NCBI GenBank assembly: GCA_043814055.1
Contig: JBDRKL010000012.1
Span: 8,596 to 72,595, forward strand
DNA: 64,000 nt
Direction of reading: 5' to 3'
Origin: an archaeon
Lineage (GTDB): Archaea; Undinarchaeota; Undinarchaeia; Undinarchaeales; JBDRKL01
In this document: positions 21,202 through 29,378 of the stretch, piece after piece
How positions within the stretch are numbered: position 1 is the stretch's first letter
How the letters are laid out: each line of letters starts with the position of its first letter
Position numbers and translations under genes: made by a program
Notes under the pieces: model-generated
What the model was told of the DNA's origin: nothing
The model's input: only the letters and a program-made list of their open reading frames with translations
Database searches by the model: none

Positions 21202-23002
21202 CGTCCTGCGGATGCCTGTAAAGTCCTTGCTTGAGCCTGTACTGGTCCAGGATGTGACCGATTATGCCGATGCTCCTCCCAAGCAGGAAGAATGAGTTTA
21301 GGACTCCGGTGTTTACCATTTCATCAATCTCAGCGTCTTTGAACTGACCTGTGCTTTTCATCAGGTCAAGGAATGTTACTCCGATGCAGCCGTCCACGTT
21401 CAGGATGAGCGTGCCTTTCTTCTGGGTTGTGATTTTTTCAACTGCGAGCGCGTAGTCAAGGTACTCAGTTGACTTGAAGTTCTTCTTTGCGAACTTGACG
21501 AGCACTGTGACTCGCTTGTCAGGATTTCCTATGCTCTTGATGCGGTGACCGATGCCGGGGATGTATTTGCCCTGCTTTTTCATTTCCTTGACAAAGTCCT
21601 CTGGCTTTGTGCCAGCGTCCTTTGCCTGCTTGAAGAACATTGCGGCGTCGCTGATTGCCCCGCCAAATCTTGGACCAATTGTGAGTATGCCTGAAGCGAG
21701 TGATGACATAACATCTCTGCCTGCGCGGGCTGCAACTATCGCGTTATGAGCGCCTGAGACGCATGGACCGTGGTCTGCTGTGGTTTTCAAAATCATTTCA
21801 ATGTAGTCGTTAGCGTACTTCGGAAGCTTTTTCTTGAACCAGAGCTGGGCGATTGTTTCACCAAGGGTTCCTTTCTCAACGAATTCGCTTATCGGACGGT
21901 CTCCGTAGGTTGCTTCCTCGCCGCGGTCATCAGAAATCGTGCAGATGAAATTTGTCGGCCTTCTTACTTTGCCTTCTTTCACAGCTTTTTTGTAGTCCAT
22001 TGGAACGTTTGGAAGATTTTCAGGGATTGGAATCTCCTTGTACTTATTGCCTGAAACCCGTTCATAAGTCTTGCGTATTTTTTCCCCGAAGTCGTTGAAT
22101 GAGTTTGGTACTATTGCTCCGGCTTCTACAAGGGCTTTGTTCTTCGCGTCCGCGGTTTCCTTGTTGCTTCCTGCTTTCGCACCAGCGTGGCCGAACTGGA
22201 CTTCAGTCAGGAACATTTTCGCGCAGGTTCCAGTCACCCACATCACCAAGGGCTTCTTGAGCTGTTTCTTTTTGAGTGCTTCCGCAATATCGTACTCCTC
22301 AGTTCCGCCAACTTCGCCAAGGCAGACCATCATTTTCACTTTTGGATTATTTTCATAGCGGAGTAGATGTGAAAGTAAAGTTGAGCCGGGGTATTTGTCC
22401 CCGCCGATTGCCATTCCCTCGTAAACTCCGTCCGAGTTGTGCGAGACAATGTTGAAGAGCTCGTTTATCATTCCGCCGGATTTTGAAACCAAGCCAACTG
22501 AGCCCTGCTGGAATAGGCGGGAGGCGATTATGTTGTCTATTGTTCCGCCTGTGTTCCCAATCTTGAAAGCGCCTGCTGTCATTCCACCGACTGTTGCAGG
22601 TCCGATTATTACTTTGCCGAGCTTTTTCGCAAGCGCGGCAAGCTCGCGTTCCCTGCGCTCAGGCACTCCTTCTGCAATTACTGCGATTGTCTTGATTTTT
22701 TTGTGCTCAAGGGCTTCCTTGGTGGTTGAGTATGCTGAGCGGAATGAGGCGAAGTTCAGCATCACACTAACGTCAGGGTGCTTTTGCATTGCCTCGTTGA
22801 TTGTGCGGTACATTGGAATGAGAATTTCGTTTGGACCGAAGAAATATTTCTGAAGACCGGCGCGGGTTTCGTTCACAATCGCTGCTATGCTTGGTTTTTT
22901 TCGTCCGCAGACATAGTCAAAGTCCAGCATTCTCTGGATTGCGTTTTCGCGGTTGCCGTACATTATTGCTCGGGTGTCTTTTGTGAAGAGTGAGGCGCTC
23001 AT
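21176..23002 (-). CDS. aclA: ATP-citrate lyase alpha subunit (CoA-ligase domains fused to a citrate-synthase-like lyase domain)
   Basis: 608 aa with the phosphohistidine loop VQFGHAGAKAG and a C-terminal citrate-synthase-type GPRFGGA and GHRIKSIGNPDKR. Confidence 0.85.
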   Translation of the reverse strand: MSASLFTKDTRAIMYGNRENAIQRMLDFDYVCGRKKPSIAAIVNETRAGLQKYFFGPNEILIPMYRTINEAMQKHPDVSVMLNFASFRSAYSTTKEALEHKKIKTIAVIAEGVPERRERELAALAKKLGKVIIGPATVGGMTAGAFKIGNTGGTIDNIIASRLFQQGSVGLVSKSGGMINELFNIVSHNSDGVYEGMAIGGDKYPGSTLLSHLLRYENNPKVKMMVCLGEVGGTEEYDIAEALKKKQLKKPLVMWVTGTCAKMFLTEVQFGHAGAKAGSNKETADAKNKALVEAGAIVPNSFNDFGEKIRKTYERVSGNKYKEIPIPENLPNVPMDYKKAVKEGKVRRPTNFICTISDDRGEEATYGDRPISEFVEKGTLGETIAQLWFKKKLPKYANDYIEMILKTTADHGPCVSGAHNAIVAARAGRDVMSSLASGILTIGPRFGGAISDAAMFFKQAKDAGTKPEDFVKEMKKQGKYIPGIGHRIKSIGNPDKRVTVLVKFAKKNFKSTEYLDYALAVEKITTQKKGTLILNVDGCIGVTFLDLMKSTGQFKDAEIDEMVNTGVLNSFFLLGRSIGIIGHILDQYRLKQGLYRHPQDDVAYMHDE

Positions 23003-24237
23003 TTAACCCCCAGAGCGATTGGAACAACTGCAGTCATGTGAGATTCAGGACCGTGCACTTTAATTGGAATTCCGGTTTCCTTGCCGAGCTTACGCATGTT
23101 GTCCAGGCCTTCCTTGAAGTTCGGCCCTCCGCGGCGCACGTAGATTTTTACTTTATTTTTCTTTAGCTTTGGTGCGTACTCGCGCAGGGCCTGAATTATT
23201 CCTGTGAAAGTTTTTGCAACATCAGTGAAGTTCGCGATGCCTCCGCCTATGATTAGGATTTTGCCGTTGTTTCGCGTCATTAAGTCCAGGATTGTTTTCG
23301 CGTAGTTGTAAGTTTCCTCAGTGCTCGGGTTGCCACTATACTCGCCGTAGTTCGCAAGCTCTTTGCTAAAGCCCAGGTCGCATACTGTGTCTGAGTAAAT
23401 CACGGACGCTCCGCCGCCTGCGACCATTGTCCAGACTTTTCCTTTTGGATTAAGGATTGTTAATTTCAAAGAAGCGCCTGAATCCTCATCAATCTTTTTT
23501 ATGTAATGCTCTTCGCGCGTAAGCTTTCTTCCGAATGGAGCTGGGAATTCCAAATCACCCCAGATTGCTGCATTTTCAAAGAACGCGGTGTCGTCAAGCT
23601 TTGCGACAAGGTCCAGCGGGACTATGTTTTTGCCTGAGAACACGAACGGGTTGAATTCTATGTATGTGAAGCCGAGTTCTGTGAAAGTTTTGTAAACTGA
23701 TTTTATGAAATTGATTATTTGCTCTCGATTCTTAACTCCGGCTGGGACAAGTTTTTTAAAATCCACATTGCTCAAAGAGCCTAGGATTGGCACTTTCGTG
23801 GTTTTCACATTAGCCCAATTTTCTTCAACGTCAACTCCGCCCTTTGTTGAGAAGTAAATATTATCGCCATCGCGGTCCATCTTCATCGCGAGGTAATACT
23901 CTTCGTCGTGCGGCACAAAAGGTTCAATGAGGAAGTGCGTGAGAACTCCGGTTGTTTTCCCAACCGTGGCTGTGCGGTTCATATTTTTCTTGATGAAGGC
24001 GGTTGCTTGAGCTAGGTTCGCGTTGAGCAGGATGAGTTTGTTCTTGCCGCGCTTTCCGAATAGCTGGTCTGGCTTTACAACAAGCTTGGTCTTTTTGAGC
24101 CACTGGTTCTTTTCGCCGAGCTGACCGAGCTTGGTTTCAGGAGTTACAAGAACGAGCTTGCCTGGGATTGAAGAATTCTTAATGTATTTTGCCAGGAGTA
24201 GTTTTCCGTCGTACTCCCGAATGCCGCGTTCTGCCAT
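22999..24237 (-). CDS. aclB: ATP-citrate lyase beta subunit (ATP-grasp)
   Basis: 412 aa, N-terminus MAERGIREYDGKLLLAKY..., ATP-grasp succinyl-CoA-synthetase-beta-like. 4-nt overlap with aclA. Confidence 0.8.
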   Translation of the reverse strand: MAERGIREYDGKLLLAKYIKNSSIPGKLVLVTPETKLGQLGEKNQWLKKTKLVVKPDQLFGKRGKNKLILLNANLAQATAFIKKNMNRTATVGKTTGVLTHFLIEPFVPHDEEYYLAMKMDRDGDNIYFSTKGGVDVEENWANVKTTKVPILGSLSNVDFKKLVPAGVKNREQIINFIKSVYKTFTELGFTYIEFNPFVFSGKNIVPLDLVAKLDDTAFFENAAIWGDLEFPAPFGRKLTREEHYIKKIDEDSGASLKLTILNPKGKVWTMVAGGGASVIYSDTVCDLGFSKELANYGEYSGNPSTEETYNYAKTILDLMTRNNGKILIIGGGIANFTDVAKTFTGIIQALREYAPKLKKNKVKIYVRRGGPNFKEGLDNMRKLGKETGIPIKVHGPESHMTAVVPIALGVK

Positions 24238-24795
24238 TTATTCTAACACCAATTCGTATTTGTGCGGGTTGTGCATCTGCATTCCGTGGACAGCAGAGTA
24301 TGAGATTGAAGTCCCTATGCACACAGTCACTTCGCCGCTAAGGTCTTTTGGTACATCATTAAAGAGCAGATAGCCGGTTCTCGTCTCGTTTGGCTCAACA
24401 TCTAAGCCGTCAAAGTTCCAGCCGGTTATCTCGTATTTGTCCGGGATTTTCTGCACGTATGCGTTCTCTGAGTAGAAAGTGAGTGGAGCTGTTCCAACGT
24501 TCTTGACCTCAATTGAGGCGCGGAACTCTGTAACTTCAGAGCCGGTTGAGTCAAGGTGCGTGAAATAGCCGATATCAATGAGCTTGGTCTCGAACATTCC
24601 GTAATTGTGCTCCTTGTTTATCCAGGCGTAGTTGTATTCCTCTTCAAATTCAGGCTCAGGTTCTGACTCATCTGCTGGCGCAGAAACCTCTACTGGAGAT
24701 GGCTCTGCCGCTGGTTCCTCCATTGGGAATTGGATACAGCCTGATGCTGACACTACAAGGATTAAAATAAGTGCAAAGAGAGCGAGTTTTCTCAT
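24238..24795 (-). CDS. lipoprotein-like exported protein (Ig-like/DUF4352-like C-terminal domain)
   Basis: Track ORF 24238..25242 was trimmed to the Met at 24795: MRKLALFALILILVVSASGC (signal plus lipobox-like Cys), then an acidic linker. Its stop abuts the aclB start. Confidence 0.6.
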   Translation of the reverse strand: MRKLALFALILILVVSASGCIQFPMEEPAAEPSPVEVSAPADESEPEPEFEEEYNYAWINKEHNYGMFETKLIDIGYFTHLDSTGSEVTEFRASIEVKNVGTAPLTFYSENAYVQKIPDKYEITGWNFDGLDVEPNETRTGYLLFNDVPKDLSGEVTVCIGTSISYSAVHGMQMHNPHKYELVLE

Positions 24796-24858
24796 AGCTG
24801 GAGGTAGGGAAGGATAATATTTAAAGTTGTTTGTATAATCAAATGGAGAGGTGAAAGA

Positions 24859-25551
24859 ATGGAATTGAAACAAGCTCCAGCGATAATACCAGCACTGGAT
24901 TTGCCGATTGCAGAGGCAGGGGAATTGGTCGCGAAGCTGAAGGATGTTGAGGACAAGATTGCCGCTTACAAGATTAGCTCGCTTCACGCGTTTGAGTGCG
25001 GGCTGAAGGTTGCGGTTGATGAGCTCAGAAAGCACACTGAGCTGCCGATAATTTATGACCACCAGAAGGGCTGTACTGATATCCCTGCGATTACTGAAAA
25101 GCAGGTCAGGCTTGCCAAGAAACTGGGAGTTGATGCTTTCATCGCGGTTCCGCTTGGTGCAGGAGGGGGGACGCTTAGCGCTTTTGTTAATACTGCGAAA
25201 GAAGTTGAGGTTCTGCCGATTGTTTTGCTTGAAATGACCCACTCAGGGGCAAATGACTTTTTGAAAGATGACACGCCGAAATTGGTTTTTGAAAAAGCAA
25301 GCGCGCTCGGAGTGAAATATTATGTTGCTCCGGGAAATAAGCCGGACAAACTAAAGGAGTACAAGGCAATGATTGGCGATGCTTTAATAATGAGCCCGGG
25401 AATTGGAGTTCAAGGCGGCGGAGCTGAGGAAGCAGTAGCTGCGGGGACTGATTACCCGATTGTCGGCGGGGCGATTTACAAGGCAGATGATCCTGTTGCT
25501 GCGGTTAATGAGTTGTATGAGCAGGCGAAAAGGGGGTATGAAACAAGATGA
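24859..25551 (+). CDS. pyrF: orotidine 5'-phosphate decarboxylase
   Basis: 230 aa with IIPALDL and IIYDHQKGCTDIP (Asp-x-Lys-x-x-Asp type). GGAGAGGTGA SD precedes the start. Confidence 0.8.
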   Translation: MELKQAPAIIPALDLPIAEAGELVAKLKDVEDKIAAYKISSLHAFECGLKVAVDELRKHTELPIIYDHQKGCTDIPAITEKQVRLAKKLGVDAFIAVPLGAGGGTLSAFVNTAKEVEVLPIVLLEMTHSGANDFLKDDTPKLVFEKASALGVKYYVAPGNKPDKLKEYKAMIGDALIMSPGIGVQGGGAEEAVAAGTDYPIVGGAIYKADDPVAAVNELYEQAKRGYETR

Positions 25552-26186
25552 CAAAAAAAGAAATTGCTGAGATTCTGCTGAAGATAAAAGCTGTAACGCT
25601 GAACGTGAAGGAGCCGTACACTTACGCGTCCGGAATAAGAAGCCCGATTTACACTGACAACAGGCTGCTGATGTCGCACGTTCCTGAGCGCAGGAGGATT
25701 GTTGAAATAATGCAGGAGGCTCTTAAGGAAAAGGGAATTGACTTTGACGTGATTGCAGGCACAGCGACCGCGGGGATACCGCACGCTGCGTGGCTCTCTG
25801 AGCTTGAAAATTCCCCTATGATTTATGTGCGCGGGAAGCAGAAGGAGCACGGCAAGCAGAACAAGGTTGAGGGCAATCTTGAGACCGGGCAGACCGTGAT
25901 TGTGGTTGAGGATTTGATAAGCACAGGCGGGAGCTCAATTGAAACTGTTGAGGCAATCCGAAGCGCAGGCGGGATTGTTGAGAATGTTCTTGTGATTTTC
26001 ACCTATGACATGAAGAAAGCAAAGGACGCGTTTGAGAAGGCGAAGTGCAATGTGATTGCTCTTTGTGATTTTGGCTCAATGATTGAAGAGGCAGCTGAGC
26101 GAAAATACATTACAGAAAAAGAGGCTGAGATTGCGAAAGAGTGGAATAAGGATCCTGAGAATTGGGGTAAGAAGTATGGGTTTTGA
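25548..26186 (+). CDS. pyrE: orotate phosphoribosyltransferase
   Basis: 212 aa with the PRPP-binding loop VIVVEDLISTGGSS. 4-nt overlap with pyrF. Confidence 0.85.
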   Translation: MTKKEIAEILLKIKAVTLNVKEPYTYASGIRSPIYTDNRLLMSHVPERRRIVEIMQEALKEKGIDFDVIAGTATAGIPHAAWLSELENSPMIYVRGKQKEHGKQNKVEGNLETGQTVIVVEDLISTGGSSIETVEAIRSAGGIVENVLVIFTYDMKKAKDAFEKAKCNVIALCDFGSMIEEAAERKYITEKEAEIAKEWNKDPENWGKKYGF

Positions 26187-26250
26187 ATAAGAAAAGGTTT
26201 AAATTATATAGTAATTACCAATATAGCTCCCTTAGTGGGCAAATAGCAAA

Positions 26251-26327
26251 GTAGTTTGACTTGCTTGGCAGTCCCGCAGCATCACAAACTTAACGCGGGA
26301 CAATTTGTCAACTGAATTTGCAGTTGT
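26251..26327 (+). repeat. R-family two-hairpin element (copy R1), abutting the tRNA-Asn 5' end
   Basis: GTAGTTTGACTTGCTTGGCA-GTCCCGC-agcatcacaaacttaac-GCGGGAC-aatttgt-CAACTGaatttgCAGTTG-t. Hairpin 1 is 26271-26301 and hairpin 2 is 26309-26326. Confidence 0.65.
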
Positions 26328-26452
26328 GCCTCTGTAGCTCAGCGGTAGAGCGTCTGGCTGTTATCACAAAGCGCGCTTTGTGAATCATCACGAAGCGCAG
26401 CGAAGTGATGGGTACCAGAAGGTCGCAGGTTCAAATCCTGCCGGAGGCGCCA
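26328..26452 (+). tRNA. tRNA-Asn (anticodon GUU) with 50-nt intron at 37/38 (26364-26413); CCA encoded
   Basis: GCCTCTG-TA-GCTC-AGCGGTA-GAGC-G-TCTGG-CTGTTA|intron|A-CCAGA-AGGTC-GCAGG-TTCAAAT-CCTGC-CGGAGGC-G-CCA. The intron forms two hairpins (TCACAAAGCgcGCTTTGTGA and CATCAC..GTGATG). Confidence 0.88.
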
Positions 26453-26477
26453 ATCTTATTTTCATTTATTTAACCAA

Positions 26478-26556
26478 AGGCAAACAAATAGCTTGGCAGT
26501 CCCGCAGCATAACAAACTTAACGCGGGACAATTTGCCGGCGTAATTTGACGCCGAT
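26478..26556 (+). repeat. R-family two-hairpin element (copy R2), 3' of tRNA-Asn
   Basis: GGCAAACAAATAGCTTGGCA-GTCCCGC-agcataacaaacttaac-GCGGGAC-aatttg-CCGGCGtaatttgaCGCCG. Hairpin 1 is nearly identical to R1, and hairpin 2 has a completely different but still complementary stem. Confidence 0.65.
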
Positions 26557-26651
26557 TTATGCAAAAACCTGAATAATTTGAATAGAAAGGAAAAATCCAG
26601 AAAGATTTAAAAACTCAACCGCCATATGAGGCAATCTAAATAGGCTAAGCA

Positions 26652-27932
26652 ATGACATCCAATCCTTTTGAAAACGCGCTAAAACAGCTTGAGAAAGCTA
26701 ACTCCATCGAGCCCATAGACCCGGGCATATACGAGATTCTGAAGACACCGCAGAGGATTTATGAAGTTTCCGTTCCAGTCCAGAAGGACGACGGGAGCAT
26801 AGAAAACTGCAAGGGCTACCGCGTCCAGTACAACGACGCGCGCGGACCCACGAAAGGTGGCATAAGGTTCCACCCGAACGTGACGCTTGACGAGGTCAAG
26901 GCGCTCTCGGCGTGGATGACCTGGAAGTGCGCGGTTGTTAATGTTCCATTCGGCGGAGCCAAGGGCGGGGTAACCTGTAATCCCAAGGGAATGAGTGAGA
27001 CTGAGCTTGAGAGCCTGAGCAGGGGATTTATGCGCGAGATTGCCGGGTTCATAGGCCCGGACACGGACATTCCAGCTCCTGATGTTTACACCAATCCGAA
27101 GATAATGAACTGGATGAGAGATGAATACTCAAAGATAGTCGGCAAGGACACGCCGGCTATTATCACTGGAAAGCCAATTGAGCAGGGAGGTTCTGAAGGC
27201 AGGGGTGCAGCAACCGCGAAGGGCGGTGTTTTTGTCCTGACCGAGGCGTGCAAGCACGTTTCAAACTGCCCGCCTGAGGTTGTTGCGAAGTGCAAGCAGA
27301 GCGGAAAGTGCCAGACCCATGCCAAGGTTGTTGTGCAGGGCTACGGGAACGCAGGAGCTCACGTGGCTGAGATTCTTGACAAGCTCGGCTACAAGGTGAT
27401 TTCAGTCAGTGACTCGCACGGCGGCATAGTCAATGAAGATGGCTTGGACCTGAAAAAAGTAGATGAGCACAAGAAGGAAACCGGCTCAGTTATTGGTTTG
27501 GAAGGTGCAAAAGATATTTCTGACGAGGAACAGCTTGAGCTGGACTGCCACATACTCGTTCCTGCCGCGCTGGAGAACCAGATTACGGAAGAGAACGCGG
27601 ACAAGATAAAAGCGAACATAATTCTTGAGCTCGCGAACGGGCCGACAACTCCTGAGGCGGACAAGATACTCTGGGAAAAGAAGAAATTTTTGATACCGGA
27701 TATTCTCGGAAATGCGGGCGGCGTGACTGTGAGCTATTACGAGTGGTTGCAGAACAAGAGCGGAGAGCACTGGACCGAGGAGGATGTTTTCGCAAAGCTC
27801 AAGATAGTTATGGAGAAGGCATTCCACGACGTGTGGGCTGTTTCAAAAGAGTATGATATTGATATGAGAACTGCGGCATTCGTGCTCGCGGTTAGAAGAG
27901 TTTCTGAGGCTGAAAAAGCTAGGCAGAAGTAG
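26652..27932 (+). CDS. gdhA: glutamate dehydrogenase
   Basis: 426 aa with KGGIRFHP and the active-site PFGGAKGG, plus the Rossmann VVVQGYGNAG. Confidence 0.92.
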   Translation: MTSNPFENALKQLEKANSIEPIDPGIYEILKTPQRIYEVSVPVQKDDGSIENCKGYRVQYNDARGPTKGGIRFHPNVTLDEVKALSAWMTWKCAVVNVPFGGAKGGVTCNPKGMSETELESLSRGFMREIAGFIGPDTDIPAPDVYTNPKIMNWMRDEYSKIVGKDTPAIITGKPIEQGGSEGRGAATAKGGVFVLTEACKHVSNCPPEVVAKCKQSGKCQTHAKVVVQGYGNAGAHVAEILDKLGYKVISVSDSHGGIVNEDGLDLKKVDEHKKETGSVIGLEGAKDISDEEQLELDCHILVPAALENQITEENADKIKANIILELANGPTTPEADKILWEKKKFLIPDILGNAGGVTVSYYEWLQNKSGEHWTEEDVFAKLKIVMEKAFHDVWAVSKEYDIDMRTAAFVLAVRRVSEAEKARQK

Positions 27933-28877
27933 TTACCAATCAACAGCCCGAGTTTTCATTCCTGTTTTCTGCTCCAAGTATTTCACAGCGTGCAGGGCTG
28001 CTTTTGTTCCGTTGCCCACCGCAGTTGTGATTTGTTTTGTCCCGCCAATCACGTCACCGGCTGCGTAGAGCCCTGGTATGCTTGTTGCGCCTTCCCTGGA
28101 AACTTTCACGTGACCTTCCTCGTCCAGCTTCGCGCCAATCTTGCCGGCCATTTCAGAGGCTGGGTTTACTCCAATGTTTATGAAAACTCCGTCTGTTTCT
28201 ATGATTTTTTCCTCGTTTGTTTTTGTGTTGTGGACTTTGAGCCCGGTAACTAGCTTGCCGCCGAGCACTTCCAGCGCGGCGGTGTTAATTATGAGCTCCA
28301 CATTGCTTTGCTTTAGGTTTTTAAGCGTTGCCGCGTCAGCGCGGAACTCCTCCCGCCTGTGGATGAGATAAACTTTCTTCGCGATTTTGCTTAGCAGGAG
28401 AGCTGAGTCAACAGCTGTGTTCCCGCCTCCGATTACAGCGACTGTTCTGCCTCTGAAAAATTGAGCGTCGCACGTGGTGCAGTAGCTGACCCCCTTGCCG
28501 CGGAACTCTTCCTCACCAGGGATGCCGAGCTTGCGGTGCTCTGCGCCTGTTGCGAAAATCACAACCCAGGCCTTGTACTCAGCCTTGGCTGTCTTGAGTA
28601 TGAACTGCTCGTTGTCCATCTTGAGCTCGGTTACCGGCTCCATAAGGACCTTTGCGCCGGCCTTCTCTGCCTGTTCCTTCATTTTTTGAGATAAAGTTGT
28701 GCCAGCGATGCCTTCAGGATAACCAGGATAGTTCTCTATGAACGGGGTCTGCGCCATCTGCCCTCCTGGTATCTTTGACTCAAATAGGATGGTCTTCACT
28801 TCCTGGCGGGCTGCATAGATTCCAGCGGTCATTCCAGCTGGTCCGCAGCCAACGATTAGTATGTCGTATTTGTCCAT
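27933..28877 (-). CDS. trxB: thioredoxin-disulfide reductase
   Basis: 314 aa with FAD motif ILIVGCGPAGMTA, redox-active CTTCDAQ, NADPH motif VAVIGGGNTAVD and AAGDV. Confidence 0.88.
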   Translation of the reverse strand: MDKYDILIVGCGPAGMTAGIYAARQEVKTILFESKIPGGQMAQTPFIENYPGYPEGIAGTTLSQKMKEQAEKAGAKVLMEPVTELKMDNEQFILKTAKAEYKAWVVIFATGAEHRKLGIPGEEEFRGKGVSYCTTCDAQFFRGRTVAVIGGGNTAVDSALLLSKIAKKVYLIHRREEFRADAATLKNLKQSNVELIINTAALEVLGGKLVTGLKVHNTKTNEEKIIETDGVFINIGVNPASEMAGKIGAKLDEEGHVKVSREGATSIPGLYAAGDVIGGTKQITTAVGNGTKAALHAVKYLEQKTGMKTRAVDW

Positions 28878-29055
28878 AGCTCAAGAATGGGACGCGGTTT
28901 TAATATAGTTTGCGCAAGAAAAACCTTAAATACGGGGAACAACACTGATAGTCTTACAAATGAAACTAAGTGAGTGTCTTCACAGCTAGAGAAATGATTT
29001 CACTTAGTTTGGATTCTGGAAAATTTTTAAAGAGCTTTAGCTGTAAAATTAAAGC

Positions 29056-29197
29056 AAAAAATGGCCCGGGTAGTTCATTGGCAACCTTTTTCTTTTCACA
29101 AAAGAAAAAGCTCGAACGCGCACAGCGCGTTGAGCAACTCGCTGTCGCGAGTTTGTTTGACCAAAAAGAAAACTTCGGACCGATTTGCGAAAAAAAT
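29056..29197 (+). repeat. 135-bp unit beginning with a 20-nt copy of the tRNA-His start region (pseudo 5' fragment), then a hairpin module (copy M4)
   Basis: AAAAAATGGCCCGGGTAGTT occurs at 29056-29075 and again at 29191-29210, where it is the real tRNA start. After the first copy comes CATTGGCAACC + CTTTTTCTTTTcacAAAAGAAAAAG + two GC hairpins (29110-29135, 29136-29153) + TTGACCAAAAAGAAAA (29157-). Confidence 0.8.
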
Positions 29198-29273
29198 GGC
29201 CCGGGTAGTTTAGTGGTTAGAATTGGAGACTGTGGATCTTCAGACGCGAGTTCAATTCCCGCCCTGGGCCCCA
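29198..29273 (+). tRNA. tRNA-His (anticodon GUG) with genome-encoded G-1, C73 and CCA
   Basis: G(-1)-GCCCGGG-TA-GTTTAGTGGTTAGAAT-T-GGAGA-CTGTGGA-TCTTC-AGAC-GCGAG-TTCAATT-CCCGC-CCTGGGC-C-CCA. One A.C mismatch in the T stem. Confidence 0.85.
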
Positions 29274-29276
29274 TTC

Positions 29277-29360
29277 AACCTTTTTTCCCTTGCGATTGGG
29301 GGAAAAAGCTTGACCAAAAATCAGGGGCGTTCGCTCGCTACGCTTGCGAAGCCCCACTTC
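29277..29360 (+). repeat. hairpin + CTTGACCAAAAA module (copy M5) plus a 32-nt GC hairpin in the hisS leader
   Basis: AACCTTTTTTCCCttgcgattGGGGGAAAAAG-CTTGACCAAAAA (29309-29320), then GGGGCGTTCGC..GCGAAGCCCC (29324-29355). Confidence 0.6.
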
Positions 29361-29378
29361 TTTTTACAGGTGATTTAG

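Noticed and set aside
24796-25242. N-terminal extensions of track ORFs 24238..25242, 8996..9859 and 56453..57298.
   Set aside because: The extensions are basic and low-complexity. They overlap pyrF, tRNA-Glu and rps17e respectively, and the internal Mets give canonical N-termini (signal peptide, TM start, MKAVLKFGGS).
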